From an uncultured virus (IMG/VR IMGVR_UViG_3300010885_064105) (Duplodnaviria; Heunggongvirae; Uroviricota; Caudoviricetes), in the IMG/VR virus record IMGVR_UViG_3300010885_064105, positions 62,001 through 122,362 of that record: a stretch of 60,362 nucleotides of DNA. The stretch is one strand, 5' to 3'. The notes under the pieces are model-generated. The model had not been told where the DNA came from and did no database searches. It was given only the letters and a program-made list of their open reading frames with translations. The position numbers were made by a program, and so were the translations under genes. Each line of letters starts with the position of its first letter. Position 1 is the stretch's first letter. This document shows positions 24,047-33,707 of the stretch, piece by piece.

Positions 24047-25069
24047 TTAATAGTCCGTACCCGGTACTGGTAGACCAGCTTCAACAGTATCGCTAAATGT
24101 ACTACCTGGTGAGCCTGTTGGTGGAGTATAATCAAAATCATTATAGGTTCTATAACTATAAGTGATTGTAGCATTTCCGCCACCGGTATCCCCACCAGTA
24201 AAATTAACTGTTGTTAGTTTGTTCTTACTTCCAAGATCGATTATTGTACCATCACAAAGAGCAATCTTAATTGCTTTATTAGTTAAAGCTTTGGTATTAC
24301 TACAAGATGAACTACTACTTGTTGCTCCTACCATATCTCCAGTGTTAGCCGTTACTTCAATTTCTGTTGAAATTTCAACAGGAAATTTTATATAACGATA
24401 GTAAGGAGTTTTACTGCCTAATTCACGAATTTGTTCACGACCAAGGTTCATGCTAACCTTTACGCTATTAATCTTGGAACCTGCTGGAATACCTCCGCCA
24501 TCTCCAATTGGTAGCACTGTTGTGTCCTTATTCCATAAGCCACGACGTAGTATGCCAAGTCCAGTTGCTGTTGGCAAGGTGGGCTGTGTGGATCCGGGGA
24601 GTGATGTTAACCATTCTTTGTCGTTACTAACTAGTGTAACTTCTTCTGTAAAATTACCTTCTGTTGGAAAGTTGTAGCTAACAGAAGAGAGATAGGCAGG
24701 ATTGCATTGTACACTAGCTAATGGTGTTCCTGTTGCACTATCGTTGGTATCTGGGTATAGACTAAGTCTGACACCACATCGATTATTAGCTAAAGAAACA
24801 AGCTTTCCAGAGCCCATTGACATAGCATAAATAGTTTGTTGACTATCTAATACTTTGTTTAGTGTAATTTCTACTTCTGGAATTTCTTCATAATTATCAT
24901 ATAATTCTAACTGACCAAGCTGATAAACTGGTTCAAGATTGAAATTGGTATTCATTCCAACACTTTGCAAACCTTGAACAGTATCGAAATCTGGATTTTT
25001 AGCTACTTTTGTACCAGATGGTCCAGCAATTTGTACTGATTGAACAGCATAGAATAAACGATTGGCCAT
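24047..25069 (-). CDS. Major tail tube protein (putative)
   Basis: Beta-rich, Thr/Ser/Gly-rich 340 aa; tube-like motifs VQGLQSVGMNTNFNLEPVYQLG and INSVKVSMNLGREQIRELG; strong SD; position between terminator-like gene and TMP. Confidence 0.7.
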   Translation of the reverse strand: MANRLFYAVQSVQIAGPSGTKVAKNPDFDTVQGLQSVGMNTNFNLEPVYQLGQLELYDNYEEIPEVEITLNKVLDSQQTIYAMSMGSGKLVSLANNRCGVRLSLYPDTNDSATGTPLASVQCNPAYLSSVSYNFPTEGNFTEEVTLVSNDKEWLTSLPGSTQPTLPTATGLGILRRGLWNKDTTVLPIGDGGGIPAGSKINSVKVSMNLGREQIRELGSKTPYYRYIKFPVEISTEIEVTANTGDMVGATSSSSSCSNTKALTNKAIKIALCDGTIIDLGSKNKLTTVNFTGGDTGGGNATITYSYRTYNDFDYTPPTGSPGSTFSDTVEAGLPVPGTDY

Positions 25070-25093
25070 GTTAGTGCTCCCTGTCGAATATGA

Positions 25094-26056
25094 TTATAAA
25101 ATAACTTCTGCGGTTAATCTTAATGTACACCAATATAAATTTTTATTTACGGTTTCCATGTCCAAAAGTGAAATTTCTTTGAAAAAGCATTTATTCCAGA
25201 AAAAATTAGAATCATTAACTAAATTAGTATAGTTTTTACCATTAATATTTAAGCTTCCTTTATGATCTAATGAGTTAACTCCACTTTTGACCACTTTTGA
25301 GATATCATATAATTTAATAACTTTTTCTTTTTGAAATCTAATAATATCAGTAATTTTAATTTGATCTTTATAGTTTTCAGCAAAAACATGCAATAAAATA
25401 TCTTGATCAACAGCAAAATCATGTGCTCCAATTTGCCATGGTTTTGAATAGCTTCTAGCGATTGGCTCTATTATTATGCATGGCATTTGAACTCTGTGAT
25501 TGGATGATATCTGGTAGTCTCCTTTATTCTTAAGATTAATGTCTGGAGAAGGAGAGAAGGATCTGCTCTGTAGTTCTGTCAGAAACTCGTTGGAGCCTCC
25601 TTTTAAAACTTGGCACCAGCGGTATGAATATTCTAATTTGACTGTGGTCGAGGATGCTAGGGGCTTATTGAATATTATCTGACCTAATGGGTAGTTAATA
25701 TTATAGCCAATTGACCCTGATCCTGTTGGGGCTGGATAAAATGTACTTGAGACCATAACGCCAGAAATTTGAGTCGGAGATGTTCCATTATAAGATACTC
25801 CGGTTTCCCAAACCCACTCTTTTTTGGGAGATTGCCATACTTGACCGGAAGAATATCCTGGTTGATCACTACTCTTAAGATCACTAAAATTTCCTCCAAA
25901 TAATCCACTATTTGGTATATGAACATTGATAAATCCTCCAATATTCAGAAATCCCCAGTCTAAAAAAGTCTTTAAATTTTCTTCTAGTTGATTGATTAAC
26001 TGATGATCATTTAGAGATTCTATATTATTAAATTTTGTATAATCTTCACAACTCAT
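25094..26056 (-). CDS. Putative tail terminator / completion protein
   Basis: C-terminal MPCIIIEP...VDQDILLHVFAENYKDQIKITDII pattern; immediately upstream of the tube gene. Confidence 0.5.
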   Translation of the reverse strand: MSCEDYTKFNNIESLNDHQLINQLEENLKTFLDWGFLNIGGFINVHIPNSGLFGGNFSDLKSSDQPGYSSGQVWQSPKKEWVWETGVSYNGTSPTQISGVMVSSTFYPAPTGSGSIGYNINYPLGQIIFNKPLASSTTVKLEYSYRWCQVLKGGSNEFLTELQSRSFSPSPDINLKNKGDYQISSNHRVQMPCIIIEPIARSYSKPWQIGAHDFAVDQDILLHVFAENYKDQIKITDIIRFQKEKVIKLYDISKVVKSGVNSLDHKGSLNINGKNYTNLVNDSNFFWNKCFFKEISLLDMETVNKNLYWCTLRLTAEVIL

Positions 26057-26709
26057 ATATTATTCTCTATTTCTTTTTGTATAAGATCTGGTATGATAAT
26101 ATCTAATCTAGTTAGTGCTCGTGATATCCAGTTATTATTCTTGGTCCCAGCAAATTCTGGTGGTACTCTCCAGTTTTCTTTAGAGCTTACCATGATAGCC
26201 ATTCCTGTTCTTGAATTTGCATTTGGTCCCATTTGTACTTTATAATTTTTAATTATAATTTGTCCACCATATAGTAGTAGCCACTCTAACCATGGTAATA
26301 GCGCCCCACTCTTTGAGTCTTTTACTACTGAGCCTGCTAAATTTAATACATCACTATAATCATCTTTTATCATATTAATACTAAAACCACCTTTCAGACC
26401 ATTACCAGAGATAACTATTGGAATAGTTTCTATATTAATATTATTAGCCCAAGCATCAACTACGGAATTAACTGAATTAGCAGCATCTGGTATTCCAAAT
26501 TCATATCTCAATTTACCATTAACAAGAGATCCATACTCAGGCTCTGCCATAATAGCGTTTTTAACATGAGTTGGGATAGTATTCCTTAAGTTATTGAGAG
26601 CTTTACCGAAGGCGTTATTCAATATTTCTTTTATTGTATATAATATCATATTAGATATTTCACTATCTGATTCTAATAATTTTAAATTTATATTCATGCT
26701 CTTGACCAC
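26053..26709 (-). CDS. Putative neck / tail completion protein
   Basis: 218 aa; LPWLEWLL and GTKNNNWISRAL resemble HK97 gp10-like C-terminal patterns; synteny. True start may be the MNINL Met. Confidence 0.45.
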   Translation of the reverse strand: MVKSMNINLKLLESDSEISNMILYTIKEILNNAFGKALNNLRNTIPTHVKNAIMAEPEYGSLVNGKLRYEFGIPDAANSVNSVVDAWANNINIETIPIVISGNGLKGGFSINMIKDDYSDVLNLAGSVVKDSKSGALLPWLEWLLLYGGQIIIKNYKVQMGPNANSRTGMAIMVSSKENWRVPPEFAGTKNNNWISRALTRLDIIIPDLIQKEIENNI

Positions 26710-27221
26710 ATAGATATTATATATTTGTTATTCCCTAATCCACACGGAGTTGGATCCCCTGCCAAAGAATAGGTATAGCTAGTATAAGACTGTATATTAG
26801 TATCCATAGTCATATATTGGGCATTCCTAATTTTAGGCAATAACTCAATTTTACATAATGTTTGAACCATGCCATCTTGAATCTTAACAGCTTTAGAATC
26901 CCAATTTAACCAATATTTACTATCAAAAATTACTGCTAAATATATTATTTCTGATTTAGACTTTTCAATTTTTCCATATCCATTGCAAATTGAGCAAATG
27001 CTATTCTCTGGAAAAGGAGCCGGTCCAGTTGAGTTATAAATATTTAATGACCTATTATTAATAGGATCAAATAAACAGTTATTACAAAAAGAATCATTAG
27101 GAGTATCATAAAAAACAGAACATGGTACCGTTAAAGAGTTGTCTGCTAATATAGCATCAATAGCTTGATTATATAAATTTTTAAAATCAGCATTAATAAT
27201 ATTACTAAATATATTAGTCAT
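26694..27221 (-). CDS. Putative head closure / neck protein with CxxC pairs
   Basis: CNNC and CSICNGYG Zn-knuckle-like motifs; position in the neck module. Confidence 0.5.
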   Translation of the reverse strand: MTNIFSNIINADFKNLYNQAIDAILADNSLTVPCSVFYDTPNDSFCNNCLFDPINNRSLNIYNSTGPAPFPENSICSICNGYGKIEKSKSEIIYLAVIFDSKYWLNWDSKAVKIQDGMVQTLCKIELLPKIRNAQYMTMDTNIQSYTSYTYSLAGDPTPCGLGNNKYIISMWSRA

Positions 27222-27234
27222 TTTTACTCCATAT

Positions 27235-28230
27235 TTACCATGAATTATGAACTGATCTATGCCATAGATTTACACCCACACATAAATACATATATGAAGC
27301 GTCCCAACAAAGATCTCCAGGATTACCAGAATCTCTTGAAGATAATGGAGTTCTTCTGTCTATGTTGGTAATTATTGGATAATCAAATTTCCATGAATTG
27401 GTTGTGTTGTTAAATGTCCATCCTAATTTATCAAGATCAACTATTTGGTCTATACTATGATAATGTCCGCTCACAGCATAATTTCCGGTAGGTTGAGGAA
27501 CGTATCTTAGTGCTCCTGTTATATCAGTATAATTTAAGTTAACGGTGCCACTTCTATTATTAAAACTTAAAACTCCACTATTTCCTAATGAACTAATAAT
27601 TAATGTATTTGTATAGTCATCAATATTAACATTGGTATAACCACTACCGGTTATATTTAGAAATTCATTTGTAGTATAGTTTAATACTCTTCCATCTCCT
27701 ACACTTATTCTTAAATTATGATTATGATTAGGAGCAGCATAGTTACCTGTAGGTTGTTTATTGTCAAGAATTTCCTGTAAACCACCAACATCTCCGATAA
27801 GATGAGTATGCCCTATTAAGCTATATCTGCCAGTAATTTGTGGAACATAACCTAATGCATTAATAACATTAGATCTTGTAACATAAGACAAACCAGCCTG
27901 AGTATTAAATGATAGTGTTTTTGTGCTATCATCATAAGATAATACAGTATCACCCGAAGCCCTAATATTTAACATTTCATTGTTTGATAAATTGATGCCC
28001 ACTCTTTGATCATAACCATCACCAATTTTCAAATTGATCGTTGGAAAAGATAGTGAAGATGGGTGGATTCTAATATAGTCTAATCCTGACCAAGCTGTTA
28101 TTCCATCTCCAATTTTAAGTCTCAAAGAGTCCGTTTCATATCCTGCCTCTCCAATATCTAATATAGGATTAATATTATTCCACTCATTTGATAAAGATCT
28201 TCTAAGTTTTATTCGAGTATAGTCACTCAT
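27235..28230 (-). CDS. Fibre protein with Mtd/hyaluronidase-type N-terminal domain
   Basis: RIKLRR...W...NPIL..GE.GYETD..RLKIGDG...W..L.Y; HTH..DV.GLQ..LD.KQ fibre repeats; internal duplication. Confidence 0.8.
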   Translation of the reverse strand: MSDYTRIKLRRSLSNEWNNINPILDIGEAGYETDSLRLKIGDGITAWSGLDYIRIHPSSLSFPTINLKIGDGYDQRVGINLSNNEMLNIRASGDTVLSYDDSTKTLSFNTQAGLSYVTRSNVINALGYVPQITGRYSLIGHTHLIGDVGGLQEILDNKQPTGNYAAPNHNHNLRISVGDGRVLNYTTNEFLNITGSGYTNVNIDDYTNTLIISSLGNSGVLSFNNRSGTVNLNYTDITGALRYVPQPTGNYAVSGHYHSIDQIVDLDKLGWTFNNTTNSWKFDYPIITNIDRRTPLSSRDSGNPGDLCWDASYMYLCVGVNLWHRSVHNSW

Positions 28231-30584
28231 AATTTTTTAACCCCAAAAATCATTCCCGTAATTTGAGGTACTGTCCAATTTTGTTGAGTAGCAGGATTAT
28301 GATTAGCGTAGTATTGATATGTTTGATAAGCTGTTTTCTTAACTAAATGTTCAGGGCCAATTGTAACATAGTCATCTCTTTGAGTTTTAAACTGTCCTGT
28401 TGGAGGAGTAAAATTAGAATTATATCTAGCCAAACCAAGAGAAATTCTATAATCATCTAAATAACCCGCTTTCCCTATCGTAAGCAATGAAGGTATAACA
28501 CTGTATCCATCATTATTATTAAATAAACTTATTAATCTATTTTGACTACAATTACTCGATAATATATGAAGACTATTTGTAAATACTCCAGTATTCTCGC
28601 ATCCACCATCCCCATATGTTCTATAAACAGTATGATTAACTCCTGATTGTCCATCAAGATAGCATATAAGATGATCACTAGAATCTCTTGTTATCGCAAT
28701 ATGATGCCATGTCCCGGTTGTTGCATTACTTGGAAAGTATAAAACTTTTGTTGAACGACCCAAACCATAAAATGTAATTCCACTAATATTCATTAAAAAA
28801 TTATAGTTAAAAAATTGAACAGTATTAGTTGGTACTGATGTTGTTGATTTATCAAATAAAGCAATATTATTTGATTCATTAGTAAAATAAACCCAACACT
28901 CTATTGTGAACGGATTTGTTTCAAAGTCTGGATGAGAGCAATAAATATATGAATTATTATCTGGAAAACGTAAACTACTATTACCAAATTTAGCAGTAGC
29001 TGATGACAGTGAAACATCTCCATGTGTTGCTAATGACTTAGGACTATCAGAACTATCTATGATTGAATTATCGTTGTGTAGTAGCAATGAGACATATCCT
29101 GAATATGGGTCGCTAGCTACTCCACCATAAAATACATTAATAAATTTAGTATCTAAATAATTTTTCTTAGCAACATTATATACTTTCATTCCGCCTACAG
29201 CATCATTAAGTCCGTATCTCCATAGAGAATATGTATCAAAGCTAATATAATAATTTGAATTAGTTGGTTGAATAACAGAAAGAGCTATAGCATCTATATT
29301 TCCACTATTTACTGTTTCTATTTTTCCTATATCTCCATCAAATATAGCCAAAGCTTTTCTGTGACTATTGCTTGGTGTACTAGTCCAATCTTTTAATCCA
29401 TCCGATCTTAATCCAGCTCCATCATTTAAATTATTTGTAACACCAGGAGTTAATGGTAATACTTTGGATGTTGGACCAAGCCAAAAAGAAGGCTTATCAA
29501 CATTATCTATTAAAGTGATATCGTCTAATAGCCAAACTTGTCCATGCATATAGTATCTACTTTTTGTGTCTTCATATAACATTGGATAAACGCCACCATA
29601 ACTATTGAAATCACCAAGACTCATATTTTGCAATATAGATGACGAATATGTCCTATTATAGAATCTGATATTATTAAATTTAAACCCACTAATTGGCAAA
29701 CTAATTTCCCAATCTAATCTTTCTAATTCAGGATCATCATTTACAACAGACAGATCGACTCCTTCTGCTTTAATGCTTAAATATGATTGAGAAATATCAG
29801 AATCATCTATTAAAAATTCTGAATGAGTCCATCTAGAGACAAAAGAGGCACCATCATAATTTCCTATTCCATATCTAGCCTCATAATTACTGGCAGCAGT
29901 ATCTGCTATTGTTAATATTTTATTACCAGTAGAAAATAAAGAAGCCACTCTATATCTATCAAGAGATGATGATATGTCTAAATCAAAATATCCCAAAATC
30001 TGATTATTTTGTTCAATTTCTAATGCCATTGTGGTTTTTTCATTATTTAAAACATTTAAGGCATTTCCTGTAATTTTTACAATATTAACTGATAAACAAG
30101 AAATATCTCCACTACAAAAAGAAAATAATTTATGTCTATGAGGATAGCTCGAATAGTCAGTACTACTAGTTTCTAAACCTAATGACCTAAAACCAAAATA
30201 TGTTTGATCTCCGCTCGGTAAAGGAAATCCACTAAGTTTTAAATAGGTAGGAAATTCAACTGATGAAGGATTTTCTATTTGAATATTAGTTATTGCTAAA
30301 AATCCTGGAGGACTACCTAATCCAGGATAAGGGTTTCCTTGACGATAAACGCCTCTATTATCATAATTTGGAATATAAACAGCACTTGGAAGTATTCCAT
30401 TATTTGGAGAAGAATATTTATATACAGCATCAAAAATTGGACTTTGTTGAAATAAATAACTAGTCGGGGCACATCCTCCAAAACTATACTTAGGATATTG
30501 TTTAAATTGAGTAGACCAATAATTATTGTCTAATTTATTTAGAATTACTCCTTTTTCAAAACCTTCAAAAAATAAAGTAGACAT
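28227..30584 (-). CDS. Virion protein with C-terminal LamG/concanavalin A-like domain
   Basis: VSLLLH...AKFGNSSLRF...FTIECWVY...WHHIAITR...GYLDDYRIS.GLARY.SNFTPP. Confidence 0.8.
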   Translation of the reverse strand: MSTLFFEGFEKGVILNKLDNNYWSTQFKQYPKYSFGGCAPTSYLFQQSPIFDAVYKYSSPNNGILPSAVYIPNYDNRGVYRQGNPYPGLGSPPGFLAITNIQIENPSSVEFPTYLKLSGFPLPSGDQTYFGFRSLGLETSSTDYSSYPHRHKLFSFCSGDISCLSVNIVKITGNALNVLNNEKTTMALEIEQNNQILGYFDLDISSSLDRYRVASLFSTGNKILTIADTAASNYEARYGIGNYDGASFVSRWTHSEFLIDDSDISQSYLSIKAEGVDLSVVNDDPELERLDWEISLPISGFKFNNIRFYNRTYSSSILQNMSLGDFNSYGGVYPMLYEDTKSRYYMHGQVWLLDDITLIDNVDKPSFWLGPTSKVLPLTPGVTNNLNDGAGLRSDGLKDWTSTPSNSHRKALAIFDGDIGKIETVNSGNIDAIALSVIQPTNSNYYISFDTYSLWRYGLNDAVGGMKVYNVAKKNYLDTKFINVFYGGVASDPYSGYVSLLLHNDNSIIDSSDSPKSLATHGDVSLSSATAKFGNSSLRFPDNNSYIYCSHPDFETNPFTIECWVYFTNESNNIALFDKSTTSVPTNTVQFFNYNFLMNISGITFYGLGRSTKVLYFPSNATTGTWHHIAITRDSSDHLICYLDGQSGVNHTVYRTYGDGGCENTGVFTNSLHILSSNCSQNRLISLFNNNDGYSVIPSLLTIGKAGYLDDYRISLGLARYNSNFTPPTGQFKTQRDDYVTIGPEHLVKKTAYQTYQYYANHNPATQQNWTVPQITGMIFGVKKL

Positions 30585-30647
30585 ATTATCTCCTAGATAG
30601 ACTAAGTTTAATAAATAAAATGGCCATTACATAGTCCTAATATACTA

Positions 30648-30654
30648 ATACACC
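30648..30654 (-). promoter_or_regulatory. GGTGTAT promoter-like motif
   Basis: CGGTGTATTAGTATAT about 64 nt upstream of the 30584 start; same motif at 47094, 47112 and 55681. Confidence 0.5.
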
Positions 30655-30724
30655 GAGTAAAAAAGTTGAAATATTCTTGTCATTATAGCCTATTTATTAC
30701 TAATTAAGTATGAAATTAAGATTA

Positions 30725-32554
30725 CTAAATAATCGTAGCAGTAAGGGTAGGACCGGCACCAGTAACACTGCCGTATGAACTCCAAAATCCATCGTCCCCT
30801 GACGGAGGGCTGCCACTTGCGCCACCAGACGTATATCCATTAAATTCTCCATAAAAATCTGACCCTAATGTGTCAGAAATCATCCAAACTTGATACCCAA
30901 ATGCCTGAGTCCAATATAAATATCTTGATTGGCCCGCAATGCGATAGTAGTTAGAAGTTACCCCACCATATACAGTGGTTCCAGCAAGAACATATGTCCC
31001 ATTGTATGATGGGTCAGATGCTCCGGTTACCAAATAGGCTGGCGTGGACGGAGCGGTTGTTGTTGTTGTTGGTTCTGCCGTGGTGGTTGTTGTTGGCTCT
31101 GCCGTGGTGGTTGTTGTTGGCTCTGCCGTGGTGGTTGTTGTTGGCTCTGCCGTGGTGGTTGTTATTGGTTCGGCTGTTGTTGTAGTAGTTGTATCTGTTG
31201 GTTCGGCTGTTGTTGTGGTAGTTGTAGTGGTGGCTGTGGAATAAATAGAATCAAGATCAGAACAATTATAAATAGCATTATATTTTGATGGAATAAAATT
31301 AGAACGATATTTAGCAGACTGAGAAATTATGAGCTGGTCGATATATCCTGAAAAACCGTCTGTGGATCTTGTTTCTGCCCAAGCATAATTTATATCTGCT
31401 CCTATAGAAATAAACATATCTGACACGTTGGGGATTGTATTAGTAGTGATAATATTACCAACATTATTGCCATTGATAAACATTTTCATTCTGCTATTGG
31501 ACCGACAGACAGCTATGTGTGTCCAAGAACCAGTTGGAAAATTTACATTTGTTGCTGTTATTAAGTTGGGCTCATATCGGTATTCTCCATTATTATACCA
31601 ATCTAAATTAAAATGAAAATATAAATTATTAGATTCTCGGCGTAAATATATAGAACTATAGTTATTGCTAAAATCAGTAGGCTTGATAGAGAATAGGGTG
31701 TCTCTACGAATGCTAGTTGATGGTTTTATAAACATCTCTATTGTAAAATCTTTACTAAAAGGCCAATTAATATGCTGCCCAGATCCTGCTATAAGTCGTG
31801 GGAATTCTGATGTTACTGGATCAGGGTTACCGTCTAAATAAAGACTAGCTCCACCATATTTATAGTCATCGACAGATATTATTGCTTGATCAATTTTTTG
31901 TATGTTTATATCATAGCATGATTTATTTTTTTCTAGATCATTATCAAATGGTAAAAATAATATTAATTTATTATATGAGTTATCTCCTCCAGATGGGGTT
32001 ATAGTGTTACTATAGCCATAATCTCCTGTTCCTATTGAATTAACTGCTGCCACCCTAAATTGATAACCAACATTATTAAATAGCCCTGTTATTTGTATAT
32101 TTGTAGTAGTATTTATACTATCCGGATATGTGCTCCATATAGAATTTCCTGTAGAATACTGTATAATATAGTCTGTTAGTGGAGATCTATTATTATATGG
32201 ACTTTGCCAAAATAAATAGACTGATGAGTCCTCATCATAGCCACTTATACCAATAACCATATCGGGTGGCTCTGGCGGAGGATTATAAGACAATAAATCA
32301 CAAGACAGATATGAGTATTGCAGTAACAAAGATGGGAGACTGTATGATAAAATATCTGTAGCAAGATAGCTGTTGGTTATAGTTTCTGGTTGCTCAATAT
32401 AGGTTAATATATCAGAACTTAGATATGTTATTTGGGCAGTTTTTGTAGGAGGATTGTATGTTAAGAGATCCTGAGAAACATAAGTGTGATATAGCCTGTA
32501 TATTTCTGAATCTTTAGATGGAATTGGAAATCCAAAAAATGGAGGTAAAATCAT
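30725..32554 (-). CDS. FN3 + LamG + Thr-rich stalk virion/adhesin protein
   Basis: FN3 (W.SP.NN.SP.TDYIIQYS...YQFRVAAVNSIGTG), LamG (DFTIEMFIKP...WTHIAVCR...FSGYIDQL), TTTTTAEP repeats. Confidence 0.85.
   Translation of the reverse strand: MILPPFFGFPIPSKDSEIYRLYHTYVSQDLLTYNPPTKTAQITYLSSDILTYIEQPETITNSYLATDILSYSLPSLLLQYSYLSCDLLSYNPPPEPPDMVIGISGYDEDSSVYLFWQSPYNNRSPLTDYIIQYSTGNSIWSTYPDSINTTTNIQITGLFNNVGYQFRVAAVNSIGTGDYGYSNTITPSGGDNSYNKLILFLPFDNDLEKNKSCYDINIQKIDQAIISVDDYKYGGASLYLDGNPDPVTSEFPRLIAGSGQHINWPFSKDFTIEMFIKPSTSIRRDTLFSIKPTDFSNNYSSIYLRRESNNLYFHFNLDWYNNGEYRYEPNLITATNVNFPTGSWTHIAVCRSNSRMKMFINGNNVGNIITTNTIPNVSDMFISIGADINYAWAETRSTDGFSGYIDQLIISQSAKYRSNFIPSKYNAIYNCSDLDSIYSTATTTTTTTTAEPTDTTTTTTAEPITTTTAEPTTTTTAEPTTTTTAEPTTTTTAEPTTTTTAPSTPAYLVTGASDPSYNGTYVLAGTTVYGGVTSNYYRIAGQSRYLYWTQAFGYQVWMISDTLGSDFYGEFNGYTSGGASGSPPSGDDGFWSSYGSVTGAGPTLTATII
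31052..31235 (-). repeat. Coding tandem repeat, about 24-bp unit (TTTTTAEP)
   Basis: ggctctgccgtggtggttgttgtt repeated, with degenerate flanking copies. Confidence 0.9.
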
Positions 32555-33702
32555 TAATTTCCTCCTTCTGCGTCCGTCGTATCTCCAGATAGTATTATTT
32601 TATCATCAGATACCTTAACTAAGGTTGCGACTGAGTATCTTCCGACTAGTTTATTATGATTAAGCCTATTTACAATCTGTGTTCCTGATAATCTAACCTG
32701 TCCCGATCCTATTTGCGAAACTAAACAATTAAAACCGACATTTAAATTATTGTTAAAGCTAACATTAATTGCCGTAGGATTATTAAAGCTAATAACTTTT
32801 CCATTATCTGACTGATTAATAACATATGAATTCCCGGTTCTTTCATTAACAAAAGCTGAAAATCTTGTTAATTGACCATCCCCTAATGTTTGAGTTCCAG
32901 TAAAACTATTTCCACCATTAAGTTTTGCGAATTCTTCATAATCATATGACACTACGCTACCCAGCTGTAAAGTTAGTCTCATAGCTTCTGGACTAGCGTC
33001 ATTAATAAGACTTTTACCTAAAGCTGATATTTCTGTAGTTCCATACTCATCAAGACCAGTACCTACTATAAGACTATTGCCATAAACTGGAACTTGTGAT
33101 AGTCTATCGAGTCTCTGACTATATGGCTGTATATCTAATCCAATTTCTAGTCCAGAAGTACTAATGCTTAACTGGTTTAAATCTTGGTCATTATATTGCA
33201 AATTAATATGATCCCCAGCCTGCAATAAGCTAGCAACTCTATCATCAACACTTTCATTAAAGTCAGTTATATTTTGTGATATGTGAGTATGATTTTTATT
33301 AGCATAATCTTGATTAATAATACTAGAGGATATTTTAATGGTTTTTGTGAGTGGGTAAAATACAACCTCTGTTCCTCCATCACCTTCTATATTAAGGGTT
33401 TCATTTTCTTTGATATCAAAATTACCAACTAATAGTTTTGTTAAACCACTACCTGGAATTCCCTGTAAGCCTCGCAAGCCAGAAGGCCCTATTGGCCCAG
33501 GAGGCCCTATCTCTCCCCTAATTCCCTGGAAACCTTGCAATCCCTGCAAGCCCCTCTCAATATGAACAACCCCAATAGTATTATCAAAACCATCATTGAT
33601 TATTAGATTTGTAGTAATAACATTTTTAGTATCGGATCCTGGTATAGACTGATTAATAACTAAATATTTTGGTGCTGGATTAGTAATATTGATTGTTGCC
33701 AT
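32554..33702 (-). CDS. Collagen-repeat fibre protein
   Basis: GLQGLQGFQGIRGEIGPPGPIGPSGLRGLQGIPG; HTHISQNITDFNE fibre repeat; common fibre C-terminal domain (Y.I...DNGKVI.FN...GFNC.V.QIG.GQV). Confidence 0.8.
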   Translation of the reverse strand: MATINITNPAPKYLVINQSIPGSDTKNVITTNLIINDGFDNTIGVVHIERGLQGLQGFQGIRGEIGPPGPIGPSGLRGLQGIPGSGLTKLLVGNFDIKENETLNIEGDGGTEVVFYPLTKTIKISSSIINQDYANKNHTHISQNITDFNESVDDRVASLLQAGDHINLQYNDQDLNQLSISTSGLEIGLDIQPYSQRLDRLSQVPVYGNSLIVGTGLDEYGTTEISALGKSLINDASPEAMRLTLQLGSVVSYDYEEFAKLNGGNSFTGTQTLGDGQLTRFSAFVNERTGNSYVINQSDNGKVISFNNPTAINVSFNNNLNVGFNCLVSQIGSGQVRLSGTQIVNRLNHNKLVGRYSVATLVKVSDDKIILSGDTTDAEGGN

Positions 33703-33707
33703 AGTTA

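Noticed and set aside
30994..31244. Plus-strand Val-rich or Leu/Trp-rich ORFs resembling membrane peptides
   Set aside because: Antisense reading of the TTTTTAEP repeat
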